Assembly (NCBI GenBank): GCA_951406725.2
Contig: OX597818.1
Coordinates: 88,226,001-88,290,000 of the forward strand
Source: Octopus vulgaris
Taxonomy: Eukaryota
Direction: 5' to 3'
Length of the DNA stretch: 64,000 bases
Of this stretch, positions 12,646 to 27,045 are shown piece by piece. Under the pieces are notes generated by a model. That model was not told the origin of the DNA and made no database searches. It saw nothing but the letters and a program-made list of their open reading frames with translations. The number at the start of each line of letters is the position of its first letter. The stretch's first letter is position 1. Both the position numbers and the translations under genes were made by a program.

Positions 12646-12800
12646 GGGACAGAGAGGGAGAGGGAGGGAGAGAGACGGGGAGAGAGAAAGAGGATATATT
12701 TATATACATATATATTTTTTTTTTGTGGGGGGGGGGACTCTGAATGACAGTTTTTGTTATATTTCTGTTGCTTCTGCTGGTTTTAATAAATTGTGTGTGA

Positions 12801-12861
<61 letters not shown>

Positions 12862-13053
12862 CACGAGTGAATGGACAAAAGAAAGAAAGAGGCGCTCAAC
12901 AATCTGTCAGTTATTTTTTTCTCAATCACAACTTTAATGTTTATGCTCTCCATCGCCGTTAGAAATATGGCTGCAAATATCGTACACTTATTTACTCTTA
13001 TTTACTCACGCACGCGTACACACACACACTCACAGACGCGCACACACACACAC

Positions 13054-13101
<48 letters not shown>

Positions 13102-13931
13102 AAAGTGCGAGCGCAAAAGGATCTATATGTTTTAAATGTATTAAGCACGGACAACTTTAAATGAATTCAATGTAGTTAGTGTACATAACTTTAACGATAA
13201 AACCGTGGAAAGCAAAAAGTAGCAGTCGAGTGTCCATCATTTTCCAGACCAACGGAGATAAAAATCATGTAATCCGGTGTTAATTTGGAGGCAAGGAGGA
13301 TTTATCCAACCGCTAGCAAGATAAACGAGAGTGCATTTTGCTCCAAAAAGCCAATGTGTGAGTTTCTCTCATGGTATCTACCGCAGTATAGTTTGTTCTA
13401 ACAGAACATCCAAGTTTATGTAGGGTTAAATATTAACTTTCAGTATTAATATTGTTTATTTCGCTAATATATAACGTAAATACGTTTAGCGAGTCTCTTA
13501 GCAAAATAAAACCTAATAAAGGTGATAACCCTGACATCTTTTTTGATTAGCTACTCCATAGATGCTAAGTACCACTCATTCTCTGACTTACGAAAATAAC
13601 TAAAAAGTAATCGCTATTTAAACCAAACACAACATAGGAAGTAGTTGAAATAGTTACAGGAATTTGATTAAATAATTAGTGATAAAACTGATTAAATAAT
13701 TAATAAATATTTTAAGCAGAAAAGCATTAGCAAGTCTCAGTATGTTCTCAGTATGTTCCCCAGTGCACCATTTCCATGTTCTATACATTTCTACGGATCG
13801 GTTGTCGGATTTTTCTAATCGCTCTATTTTCGGAATACAGCAGCCTCAGGAAGTTCGTTCCACCTCTGAAAATGCGGGCGTTCTTTGATATATATTGGCA
13901 TACTTGCATTTAGTGAAACATACTTGTGTGG

Positions 13932-13978
<47 letters not shown>

Positions 13979-14477
13979 TGTGTGTGCGTGCGTGTGTGTG
14001 TGTATGTGTGTGTGTGTATGGTGGAGTAGTCGTTGTTTAACTAAGACTTTTGGAATCACATAGTGATGACGGCTTTATTTACAGCCACACTGCACCTGGC
14101 AATTTTATTTTCAATACCCTCGCGCCTATATATCTGTGTATATGTGTATATACAGATATAGACGCACGCACACAATACGCACGCACGCACACAAACACAC
14201 ACACATGCACTTAGACACATATATATATTATTGTATGTGAGCGTACGTGTGTGCGTGAGTATGCTTATACTTACGCATATTTGTGCGTGCGTGTATATAT
14301 ATATATATACAATATTATATATTCTATATATATCTATGTATGTGTACACACACACACACATACACATATATCTTTTAATATACGTCTGTGCCTGTGTAAT
14401 TTTTGTATACAAATGTGCCTAGTCTCACAGAAACACGTACTCACACACACACACAGACACACACACGCGCGCGCGCG

Positions 14478-14527
<50 letters not shown>

Positions 14528-14631
14528 TGATTAATGATTCCCACCCTACAAAAAAAAGAAGAAAAAAAGAAGAACGCGAGTACGTGGAACAGGCAAATTC
14601 TTAATAAGACATTCAGGGAAGGAAAGAAAGG

Positions 14632-14667
14632 GTTTTTACGTTTCAAGCAAAGTTCTTCTTCAGAAAC
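14632..14667 (-). ncRNA. Degenerate minimal hammerhead motif in a Penelope-like stub
   Basis: gttt-CTGAAGA-a-gaac-ttt-gctt-GAAAC-GTA-aaaac. The core is intact but stems I and II are weakened. Confidence 0.5.
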
Positions 14668-15017
14668 ATGTGACAGAGGAAAATCCAAGGAAAATGAAAA
14701 CGGAGGAAAAAAATCGCCAACAATCCACAAGTTGAATGACCGGAATGGGATGGACAAAATAAACGTGATTGCCAAGACAGGCGAGTGTAAGAGAAGAAGG
14801 TATGTGTGTGTAGGTATGTGCGTGTGTGTATGCAAGCGGTGGTAAATTACTATATTGAATAGTGGCTGTGTAGTAAGTAGCTTGCTTACCAACCACATGG
14901 TTCCGGGTTCGGTCCCACTGCGTGGCACTTTGGGCAAGTGTCTTCTACAATAGCCTCGGGCCGAATAAAGCCTTGTGAGTGGATTTGGTGGACGGAAACT
15001 GAAAGAAGCCCGTCGTT

Positions 15018-15059
<42 letters not shown>

Positions 15060-15090
15060 TATATGTGTGTGTGTGTGTGTGTGCGTGTGT

Positions 15091-15161
<71 letters not shown>

Positions 15162-15504
15162 GACGGGCTTCTTTCAGTTTCCGTCTACCAAATCCACCCA
15201 CAAGGCCTTGGTCGGCTAGAGGGTATAGTAAAAGACACTTTCCCATGGTGTCACGCTGTGGGACTGAACTCCGAATTATGTGTGTGGGTGTCTTTTACTT
15301 CTTTCAGTCATTTGACTGCGGCCATGCCGGGGCACCACCTTAAAGGGATTTTAATCGAACAGATCGACCCTAGGACTTTTTTCAAAACCTATTCTTTATT
15401 GTATCAGTCCCTTTTTGCCGAACCATTATGTTACAGGGACGTAAACACACCAACGCCATTGTCAAGCGGTAGTGGGGGACAAAGACAGATACATAAATAC
15501 AAAC

Positions 15505-15543
<39 letters not shown>

Positions 15544-15925
15544 GACAGGCTTCTCACAGTTTCCGTATACCAAGTTCACTGAAATGGCTTTGGCTGGCCT
15601 AGACTATAGTTGAACACACTTGCTCAAGGTGCTACGCTGTGGGACTGAACCCGGAACCATGCGCTTGGAAGCAAGCTTTTCACCACAGCCACGTCTGCGC
15701 CAGCATAATACATACATACATACATACATACATACATACATACATACATACATACATACATACATACATACCTATGCAAGGCGTTTCTCAAGTTTAAAAT
15801 GTGACATTGTTTTTGTTCACTACTTTCTAACGATGGAGTTTTGTATATTTGATAAAAACCAGCTCCTACCCCAGAGGATGAATTTAAATAATTAAAAACT
15901 GAAGGGAACATATATATACACACAA

Positions 15926-16000
<75 letters not shown>

Positions 16001-18840
16001 TGCACACACATTTGTATGTATATATATATATTTATATACATGTATGTGAGGCACTCTCAGGAGTGCTTCTGTAAACGTGGAACCCAGTACAACCTGTTGC
16101 ACGGTCGGATCGTCGGCGACTAAACCGGCAACCTCACTAGGCTTGCCTGGTGAGGAGTGTTCCTGGAAACCTAGCAGGACTAAAACCAATACCTACCAAA
16201 TGAACGGATGAATCTAGTGTATGTTCTACCACTATCTAGTAGGAGCACGAGCCCTCAGAAATTCCAAGTTAGTAGAAAATCACTGGGCGTGAGGCACTCC
16301 TCAGCTCTTGTTTCTAGGAGGTCGCACTGATATAAAACCAGATATGCAGAGAATGACAGTGGACATTTTGGGAAATATTTACTTGCTCTTGAGACCATGG
16401 TACTCCCACATTCCTGAATGTGGAACCAATATTGGCACACAGTAATATAAGGGCCTAACTTGATGAGATTTTGCCAAAGAGGTGCATCGGAGGAAGGAAT
16501 TCAGTAGAATATCTTCCTCGTTTACTGCACATCACTATTAGAATTTATTTGATGAGGACATTTAAAAGCTTAAGTTTATGTTACAAAACATGCAACAGTC
16601 GAGGAATTCAAGACAGCCATTGCACGAAAATGAGCACAAATAGTGACTGGAATATTTCTTGATTTTTTTTTTTTCGTTTTCAATTTCCATTGCTTCGCGT
16701 AATCAGCAGTTCCTAGACCAGAACGGTTATCAGTTTCAACGCAGGCGTTCATAAAAAATTAAATTCTGTCTGTAGATTCTATCAAATTTTGCAAATGGAA
16801 TATATTTTAATAGATACTAATTTTATATTCATTCAATATGTGTGAACATTAAGGTGGAAAGCTGGCAGAATGGTTAACACGCAGAGCAAAATGCTTAGCG
16901 GCATTTCGTCCGTCTTTACGTTCTGAGTTCAAATTCCGTCATGGTCGACTTTGCTTTTCACCCTTTTGGGGGTCGAGAAAATAAGTACCAATTGAACACT
17001 AGGGTCGATGTGATCGACTTAGCTCCTTCCTTGAAATTACTGGTCTTGAGCCAAAACATGAAACTAATGTGTATACATTAAGACGGCGAGCTGGGAGAAT
17101 GGTTAACACGCCAGGCAAAAAGCTTAGCGGGCGTTTTGTCCATCTTTACGTTCTGAGTTCAAATTCCACCGCGGTCGACTTTGCCTGTCAGCCTTCATAA
17201 TAGCTGCCCTTGTGCCAAAATTTGAAATTAATAAATACTAATTTTATATTCAATCTATATATGCATTAAGGCAGTGAGTTGGCTGTATCGTTGGCATGCT
17301 TTACGTTCTATGCTCAAATCCCGCCGTAGCTGGCTTTACCTTTCGGGGTCGATAAAATAATTACCAGTTGAACAGTGGGATCGATATAATCGATTTACCC
17401 GACGCCCGAAATTGCTGGCTTTGTGCGAAAATTTGAAACCAAGATACTTAAACATTTCATGGGTAAGCTTGTATGCGCGCGCGCACACACACACACACAC
17501 ATACACATATATGTCTGAGTGTGTGTAAGCTTGCTTTACAACCACTTGGTTTCGGGTTCAGTCTCACTGCGTGGCACCTTGGGAAAATGTCTTCTACTGT
17601 AGCCTCGGGCGGAACAAAGCCTTGTGAATATATATATATATTTATATTGTATATATATCTATGTGTGTGTCTTGACAACCGATGCTGGTGTGTTTATGTC
17701 CCTGTAACTTTGCGGTTCGGCAAAAGAGGCCGAGAGAATAAGTAACAGGCTTACAAAATTGAGTGCTGGGTCAATTTCTTAGGCTAAATAGGTGGTGCTC
17801 CAGCAAGGCTGCAGACACTTGACTGAAGCAAGTAAAAGAATAAAAGAATACATACATACATACATACATACATACATACATACATACATTAACGTAGTAG
17901 CAGGTAGCGAGAACGTCCAACGATTTAGAAATATGTTGAAATCTTTGTCAACATCAGTCAACGGTAGGTGAAGTTTATCTGGAAAATATGTGTGAGTATG
18001 TATGTAGATAATATGCGTAGGCATACATGATCTCATCTGTCAGTAATATGCCTGAGCGCGCATGCGCGTATGTTCAGTTACTTTTTCTTATATTATTTTT
18101 CCTTTTCAAAATGGCTGCCTTCATGTTTATGGTCTCTGTCAGCGACAGAGATTTTAATAAATTATGAAATTTATCAGCCTCGACATTCAGTGCTCCCCAC
18201 GTCGACTTCTTTATCCAAATTCATGCCACTGGCCCCTTCCAGTTGTTTAATTTCTCTTTTTTTATATTTATATTTTGTACCTCCTTTTCAGAATTCTATA
18301 TGATGTATAGATACCTATATGTATATACGTACATGTGCGCACAAACTTACAAATATAAATATACGAATATATTTCTCTGCGTATGTGTGCACATGCACGT
18401 ATGTATGTATGTATGTATGTATGTATGTATGTATGTATGTATGTATGTATGTATGCATATATGTATTTATGTATGTATATACAGAGAGTGAGAGGGGGCA
18501 TAAGAGAAATGGAGCGCACGAATATTTGTGTATGCATACTCTCACAAGACACGTAAGTATACATACACTAATTCGGACGTATGCCACATACATACATACA
18601 TATATACATACATACATACATACATATATTCATACATACATTCATAGACACACACACACACATATATACACGCATACATACGTACTTGCATGCATGCATA
18701 CATAAATACATATATGCACATGTACATGTGTGTTTATGTGTATGCACGCAAGTGTACACACAGACACGCACACACACACACTCACACACACACACAAACA
18801 TTTCAACATACGTGTAACTAAACATCTGCATATTTCTTCA

Positions 18841-18871
<31 letters not shown>

Positions 18872-18883
18872 CATACATACGTG

Positions 18884-18917
<34 letters not shown>

Positions 18918-18931
18918 TGTATGTATGTATG

Positions 18932-19007
<76 letters not shown>

Positions 19008-19351
19008 CATACATTCTCCATCTGTTATTTGTTTCATGATCATTATTGAAAGTTCCAGTATGTTTTACCATGTTCACTGTATTGACATTTCAAGGTCATG
19101 TGACCCTATCATGATGATGGGCAGAAGACTCAGATTGCATCAAGCTGAACGTCTGCTTATACACTGCATCGGTAAATTATGGTTGCCGTAGGACTTTTAG
19201 AAAGAAAGTAACGTCTACCAGAGTACTGTTAATGGAATCCGTTTAGTCCGGTCTCAACATGTTATCTGGTATTAAAGAATCTGGTAACTTTATGAATTAC
19301 TATTAACGCCATCGCACGGCGTTATTTTTCGTATGAGTGTATGTAGGTATA

Positions 19352-19517
19352 GGTGCATGAGTGGCTGTGTGGTAAGTAGCTTGCTTACCAACCACATGGT
19401 TCAGGGTTCATTTGCACTGCACCTTGGCACCTTGGGAAAGTGTCTTCTACTATAGCCTCGGGTCGACCAAAGCCTTGTGAGTAGATTTGGTATACGGAAA
19501 CTGAAAGAAGCCCGTCG

Positions 19518-19558
<41 letters not shown>

Positions 19559-19770
19559 ATGTTTGTGTGTCTGTGTTTGTTCCCCCAACATCGCTTGACA
19601 ACCGATGCTGGTGTGTTTACGTCCCCGTAACTTAGCGGTTCTGCAAAAGAGACCGATAGAATAAGTACTAGGCTTCCAAAGAATAAGTCCTGGGGTCGAT
19701 TTTCCCGACTAAAGGCGGTGCTCCAGCATGGCCGCAGTTAAATTATTAAAACAAGTAAAAGAGTAAAAGA
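19352..19770 (+). mobile_element. SINE family A, full length
   Basis: Same head, core, microsatellite and tail as 60920-61392. Confidence 0.9.
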
Positions 19771-19772
19771 AC

Positions 19773-20280
19773 TAGTCGTTAAGTCGTTGCATTCACGATT
19801 GCAAGAGTGTGATTTCGATTCTATGACTGGGTAATGCATTACGTTAGTAGTTAAGGTATTGCACTGACGATTGCAGGATTCTGGTTTCGATTCCTGAACT
19901 GGTTAGTGCGTTACGTTAGTAGTCGGATTGTTGCACTCACGATCGGAGGATTGTTGTTTCGATTTCCGGACAGGGTAGTAAGTTACATTGGTAGTTAAAG
20001 GGTGTTACAAGCACGATGGCAGAGTGGCGGTTTCGATTCTCGGATTGGGTAGTACGTTGCATTAGTACTTAGGGTGTTGCATACTCACAATTGCGGGGTT
20101 GTGGTTTCGAGAGCAAGACTGGATAGAGCGTTATGTCATTGAGCAAAACTCTTCATTAAACGTTGCTCCACTCCACTCAGCTGTAAATGAGTTGCCACGC
20201 GATGGACTGGCATCTCGTTGGGGCTGGGCGAGGTTGTGTTCTAGGTCACTTATACGCTATGGAAACCAGGTAACGGGGCC
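19773..20280 (+). repeat. Five tandem ~72-nt tRNA-like SINE heads followed by one family D core
   Basis: Units start at 19773, 19845, 19917, 19989 and 20063. Each has an A-box-like tagtagttaagg and a B-box-like ggtttcgattcc. The last unit runs into gagcaaaac..gttgctccactccactcagctgtaaatg. Confidence 0.8.
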
Positions 20281-21315
20281 ACCGAGTGGAGTGATGTCCA
20301 GAAATTGATAATGATGATATGAAGGCACCCTACTGGTCATTTCTGATAAATATTCCTGGTGTTAGTATTTTTATATCTTTTACCTGTTACAGTCAGGGGA
20401 CTGAAGCCATGCTGGAGCACTACCTTGAACGTTGTTTTTTGTCGAACTAATCGAGCTCAATACTTATTATTTTATTATTTTGTCTGGTAGGGCGGCGAGC
20501 TGGCAGAAACATTAGCACGCCGGGCGAAATGCTTAGCGCTATTTCGTCTGCTGTTACGTTCTGAGTTCAAATTCCGCCGAGGTCGACTTTGCCTTTCATC
20601 CTTTCGGAATAGATAAATTAAGTACCAGTTGCGTACTGGGGTCGATCTCATCTAATCGACTGGCCATCTCCCCCAAAATTTCGGGCCTTGTGCCTTGAAT
20701 AGAAAAGATTATTTTCTCTGGTACTTACACTACCGTACTCTTTTACCGAATTGCTTGGTTACGGTGACGTAAAAAAATCAACGCCGGTTAAAAAGCGGTG
20801 GGGGTCGAAAACGCAGACACACGCATATGCGACAGGTTTCCACACAGTTTTCGTTTGGCAAATTAACTCATAGAATCATTGGTTGATTCGAGGCTACAGC
20901 AGAAGACATATTCCCAAGGTTACAGCGCAGTGGGACTAACCCCCAAACCAAACGATAGTAAAGCAAGCTTCTCTGCTAAACGGTTATACGTTTCATCCAT
21001 GTTGGTTTTATTGCTTCTTGTTAAAATTTTAATGCATTGCACTGCCTCCTTGTGGCAGGTGCATAGTTAAATTATGAGTAAGAGTGATGTTAGTTTGTCT
21101 TGTACACAAAGAGAACTCCGACTAATTGTAGGCTAGGCAGGATTGGCTTATGGTGACACGAATCCATGTGGAAGTTCGCAGAGATATCTATGTTGTCGGT
21201 GTGGTGTGAGATGAACCTGACGTCGATAATTTAGACATGCTACCAGGTAGACGCTCCTATGTTGACTGGCGGTTCTATAAGCGTTTTGTTATGGAGCTTT
21301 TCATGATCATAATCG

Positions 21316-21346
<31 letters not shown>

Positions 21347-21503
21347 GGTCGTCGTCGTCAGGGTCGTCATGGTCGTCATCGCCGTCATTGTCGTCCGCGT
21401 CGATATCATCATCATTGTCATCGTCATCATGATCATGATCATCAAACATACACATGCATATACATATACACAGACATATATGCATACATACATGCAAGCG
21501 TGC

Positions 21504-21567
<64 letters not shown>

Positions 21568-21574
21568 GTGTGTG

Positions 21575-21606
<32 letters not shown>

Positions 21607-21801
21607 TGTATGTATGTATTTGGATTTCCTACATTTTCAATTACAGAGACATGTTAAATTACAATATGTGTTTGTGTGTGTATGTTTATGTTTGAGAGAG
21701 AGAGAGAGAGAGAGAGAAAGAAAGAAAGAAAGAAAGATAAAGGGAGAGAGAGAAAGGGAGAGAGAGAAAAAAGAGAGAGAGAAGAAAGAGAGAGACAGAT
21801 A

Positions 21802-21838
<37 letters not shown>

Positions 21839-22716
21839 AAGAGTATATCCCCACCCCGAGAACAACGTGAAGGATACTCAGAAAGCATCTACATGACTCT
21901 GACTGAAAAGGGATGATCAAAATGGCGTCAGCAGAATTCCACCTGGATACAGGCCTAAGCTTCATCATCCTAAGTCAGATCGCCTGCATGAGGAAGTATA
22001 TTGTACGGTACGAAACAGCTAATAATCTCTGGATTCAACAGTAACGATGTGTCCAAATATTACATATGTAGATGTATATTGAACTAGTACGGTATATAAT
22101 CTGCATTAGTCGATAGAAAATGTATTATGGAAAATACTTTTCTTGGATATCGAAATCATCTCAATAATAAAAAATACTTCATATACAACTTGTTTAGATA
22201 ATGCATTTCCTGCACATAACCTTCTTCTTTGAACTGAAATAAGGAGGGACGAATATTTAGGAAGTACTTCGGATCTTATCTTTTAAAAATTCGAATTTAT
22301 CTGTAGATTATATTCAGAGATTTTACAACGATATGAAAGAAAGTTTTCTTCATCTTTATTCAAAGGAGTTTTACATTTTCGTTTCTGAATATTTAGCTTA
22401 AGTTATTTAAAAATATTCATATATTGATTCAGCGTATATCCATTAATTTAACTAGAGTTTCTATGGTGGTCCTATCTAGCCTGTAGAAAAGAGAGCCTCG
22501 ATATCATATCATAAGCGAAGTTTTTCAACGTAAGTGATAGTACACGTATACAGCAAGCATGGTTGCGAGGTTAAGAAGCTCGCTTTGCAACCATGTAGTT
22601 TCGAGTTCAGTCCCACTGTGCAGCATTTCGAACAAATCTCTTTTTCTATAGCCCTGGGTCGAGCAATGCCTTGTGAGTTTGACAGAAACTGTGTGAAAGC
22701 GCATTGAATATGCTCC

Positions 22717-22781
<65 letters not shown>

Positions 22782-22796
22782 TAACAATAATAATAA

Positions 22797-22885
22797 CTCG
22801 AAAAATAAGAGGTGTTACCTTAGTTCACTGGTAGTGAACAGCTGACACTGTAGTACATCTCCAGCGTTAGAAGCTGTGCAAAGGC
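22797..22885 (+). mobile_element. 3'-UTR stub of the Dong-like LINE within (AAT)n/(GAT)n
   Basis: Closely matches 10467-10554 (..gtgttaccttag..ctggtagtgaacagctgacac..agctgtgcaaaggc). Confidence 0.85.
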
Positions 22886-22886
22886 A

Positions 22887-22959
<73 letters not shown>

Positions 22960-23356
22960 TAATAATAATAAGTCAGGGTACAATATGTACCTGTTCGTTC
23001 GAAAGAGGAGTTAAAGCCCTCCCAAACCACGCATCTCTCACGCTAAATAAATACGCACAGTGTGTGCGTGTGTGTGTTGGTTATGGCAGGAAACTATATC
23101 CGGTCGTCAGACTCAAGATCGGGAGTTGAGGAGTTGAGGTGAGAATGGAGTTATCCCTTAATTACCATTACTCCCAGGTCCGCTTTGATCCGAAACGCTA
23201 GTACCTATCATGGTCCCGTCTATAGGTTAAACAGACTTTCCCAAGAGTAGAGGAGACACCTGTCATTTCTCACAAAGATGTGGTGAAAGCAGCTCTTCTT
23301 GAAGACAGATACTCTGCTATAAAACTTGCAACCAAAACTGCACCACTCATCTTACA

Positions 23357-23772
23357 TATTTCTTTACTACCCACAAGGGGCTAAACACAGAGAGGACAAA
23401 CAAGGACAGACACATGGATTAAGTCGATTACATCGACCCCAGTGCGTAACTGGTACTTTATTTATCGACCCCGAAAGGATGAAAGGCAAAGTCGACCTTG
23501 GCGGAATTTGAACTTAGAACGTAACGGCAGATGAAATACCTATTTCTTTATTACCCATAAGGGGCTAAACACAGAGGGGACAAACAAGGACAGACATGGG
23601 TATTAAGTCGATTACATCGACCCCAGTGTGTAACTGGTACTTTATTTATCGACCCCGAAAGGATGAAAGGCAAAGTCGACCTTGGCGGAATTTGAACTTA
23701 GAACGTAACGGCAGATGAAATACCGCTAAGCATTTCGCCCAGCGTGCTAACGTTTCTGCCAGCTCGCCGCCT
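23357..23772 (-). mobile_element. SINE family B head-to-tail dimer (184-nt period)
   Basis: ggggctaaacacagag occurs at 23377 and 23561. There is a single full head at the 23772 end. Confidence 0.85.
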
Positions 23773-24147
23773 TAACACCAGTCATCTTACAACCTGCTGG
23801 AACCTATTATTGCAGCAAGCATGGTAAAAGTGTTGTGCAAGCTTTTGTCACTTAAATGCAATGACGTACTTAAATCCAATGATGTCTCATTATCATTTCA
23901 TTTCTCGATCCGTTTTGTATATTTAAAAAGTTCTATGATGATGGATTCGTTGCTTGAGGAGTCATATCCGCGCACATGTAGAAATGAAAGTAAATCAGAA
24001 CAAAGAGGATGAACGTGAAATGGCTTCCATCTGACAAGATGAGGCAATCATCATGTATGTATGTATGTATGTATGTATGTATGTATGTATGTATGTATGT
24101 ATGTATGTATGTATGTATGTATGTATGTATGTATGTATGTATGTATG

Positions 24148-24632
24148 TGTCTCTTCTATTTCTTAATTACTATAAATCTTCAACTGAGGAGGGAGCCATT
24201 TCCAACAAAGATACAAGGCTCCATCTTCGAGATGTAGTTAACACAAGACAAATTCACATTTGGAACTGGAGAAAAGTCTTGCATATTTTTACTGTTCCAC
24301 TCACAGACTGTACTTGTAATGTGCGAATTAGCCGGTCGATTTCTCATTCTGAAAATCCCAGTTTATTCAGGTTCTCCTTTAAGCATTTACTAACAAAGCC
24401 TAGTGCTCCAACTATTATTGGTATGAATTGGATATAGAAGCTGGAGGTTTTGAAGCAGTTGTCCATAGATATCCTCAATTTCTTTGATTTTCAAAGAGAT
24501 ATTTATAGATGCAGGGTAGCTGACCTCCATGATGGTACATACCTTTGCCCCTCTGTCCCAAACAACAATATCCGGCCTGTTATGTTTACATTTGACAGAA
24601 GTTTTGATGGTAATATTCCACCATTATTTCAT
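24148..24632 (-). mobile_element. 3' fragment of an RLE-type non-LTR retrotransposon inside (CATA)n
   Basis: Minus translation WWNITIKTSVKCKHNRPDIVVWDRGAKVCTIMEVSYPA..IPIIVGALGFVSKCL..LQVQSVSGTVKICKTFL. (TATG)n lies on both sides. Confidence 0.8.
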
Positions 24633-24642
24633 ACGTATATAC

Positions 24643-24673
<31 letters not shown>

Positions 24674-24756
24674 TGTATGTATGTATGTATGTATGTATGT
24701 ATGTATGTATGTATGTATGTATGTATGTATGTATGTATGTATGTATGCATGTAATG

Positions 24757-25060
24757 AAGGCGCATGGCTCTGTGGTTAGAGCACCGGGCTCACAATCATG
24801 ATGTAGTGAGTTCGATTCCCGGACCGAGCTGTGTGTTGTGTTCTTGAGCAAGACACTTTATTTCAGGTTGCTCTGTTTCACTCAACTGTAGAAATGAGTT
24901 GCGAAGTCACTGGTACCAAGCTGTATCGGACATTGCCTTTCCCTTTGAAAACATCAGTGGTATGGATAGGGGAGGCTGGTATACATGGGCGACTGCTGGT
25001 CTTTCATTTCCAACATTAACAGGACTTGTGCCTCGGAGGGTAACTTTCTAGGTGCAATCT
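24757..25060 (+). mobile_element. SINE family D (tRNA head plus V/Deu-like core)
   Basis: ggcgcatggctc.gtggttagagc..gagttcgattccc..gtgttcttgagcaagacacttta..ctcaactgtagaaatg. Other copies at about 51160-51500 (+), 63280-63510 (+), 42285-42462 (-) and 32040-32358 (-). Confidence 0.8.
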
Positions 25061-25339
25061 TTATCTAAGTCTTTATCTAAGTATGTATGTATGTATGTAT
25101 GTATGTATGTATGTATGTATGGATGGATGGATTGATGGATGGATGGATTGATGGATAGATGGATGGATTGATGGATGGATGGGTGGAAAGATGGATATAT
25201 CTGTCCAAAGATAACGTGTAATAATCAAAATATGCAGAAATGTACATGTATCTAGAACATGCATACACTCCCTCATGCGCACATTAGAGCTAAATGTTAT
25301 CAGAAATCCATATGAAACAAATATATGCGATACTAGGAA

Positions 25340-25474
25340 CAGAATGACTTAAGACTAGCATCACGCTTGAAACTGAAGAGTATCAAGGAATTTGAATCAA
25401 AACGTAAGATTTGTATCTAGAACTTATAGGGACACAAATTCACACCACCGAACGTTTACCTTGACACTGTACAT

Positions 25475-25546
<72 letters not shown>

Positions 25547-25650
25547 TATGACCAAGACATTTACTAATCTATTCAAGCGAGCTATATGTAGGTAGAGCAG
25601 TGTGACATCTCACTGTACAATGCTTTTATTCTTTTATGCGTTAATTTCCA

Positions 25651-25713
<63 letters not shown>

Positions 25714-25859
25714 CATACCAACACCGTGTGACCGTCCTTCACCAATCGCAGTCCACCTTACGGTAATAAAAATAAACTTCTGTCATTCAAATTCAGAATG
25801 ACTTAAGACTAGCATCACGCTTGAAACTGAAGAGTATCAAGGAATTTGAATCAAAACGT
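25340..25859 (+). repeat. 66-nt direct repeat (25340-25405 and 25794-25859) containing a degenerate hammerhead-like core
   Basis: cagaatgacttaagactagcatcacgcttgaaaCTGAAGAgtatcaaggaatttgaatcAAAACGT is identical in both copies, 454 nt apart. Confidence 0.85.
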
Positions 25860-25925
25860 TTTGATCTATACAGGTAACTTACAATAAATTTGCTGAGTGT
25901 CCATCTTTCTTTTGTCCACTCACTC

Positions 25926-26003
<78 letters not shown>

Positions 26004-26122
26004 TTTTGCAAAATGGAAAATAAAAATACAAAACAAGTGGAAATTTTACCGGTGAGTGTGTTAAATTATAAGGCACAAATAGAAAATTACTCACCGCAGA
26101 CACAACAGTATATATATATATA

Positions 26123-26199
<77 letters not shown>

Positions 26200-26803
26200 C
26201 GGGCTTCTTTCACTTTCCGTCTTCCAAATCCACTCACAAGGCTTTGGTCGGTTCGAGGCTATAATAGAAGACACTTGCCCAAGGTGCCACGTAGTGGGAC
26301 TGAACCCAGAACCATGTGATTGGAACGCAAGCTTTTTACTACACAGCCACGCCTGTGCCCATATATCAACGATCAAGATATTTCGCAGTCCAGTCCATTC
26401 AGAAATAAGCGGGTGCTACAATGTCCAGTCTAGTTAGCTGTAAATAGGTACTAGAGTATGATATATCCCTCTGTACTAAGTTCATGACCAAGGCAGCAAT
26501 GCAGTGTCCAGTCACCTGTAAATAAGAACCACAGTCTGGTATATCTCTTTATACTGTAGGCAGCGAGCTGGAAGAATCGTTAGCATGTCCGACAAAATGC
26601 ATTCGTCCGTGTTTGCGTTCTGAGTTCAAATGCTTAGAGGCATTTCGACCCTCTGCACTTTTTGAGTTTAAATTTCACCAAGGACGACTTTGCCTTTCAT
26701 CCATTTGAGGTCGATAAAATAAGTACTAGTTGAGTATTGGGGTCGATTAAATCGACTAACCCCCTCCCCCAAAATTTCAGGCCTTTTGCCCATAGTAGGA
26801 ATG

Positions 26804-26854
<51 letters not shown>

Positions 26855-27045
26855 TCGTCCGTCCTTACGTTCTGAATTCAAATTCCACCGAGATCGACTT
26901 TGCTCTTTCATCCTTTCGGGATGATAAATTAAATACCAATGAAACACTGGGGGTCGATGTAATGGGCTTGTCCCCTACCACAGAAATTTCACACCTTGTG
27001 CCTTTAGGAGAAAAGATTATCATTATTATTGTTGTTGTTCAATAA

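Noticed and set aside
19773-20135. CRISPR-like or true tRNA gene array
   Set aside because: Whole units are homologous (no unique spacers), there are no cas genes, and the cloverleaf stems are broken.
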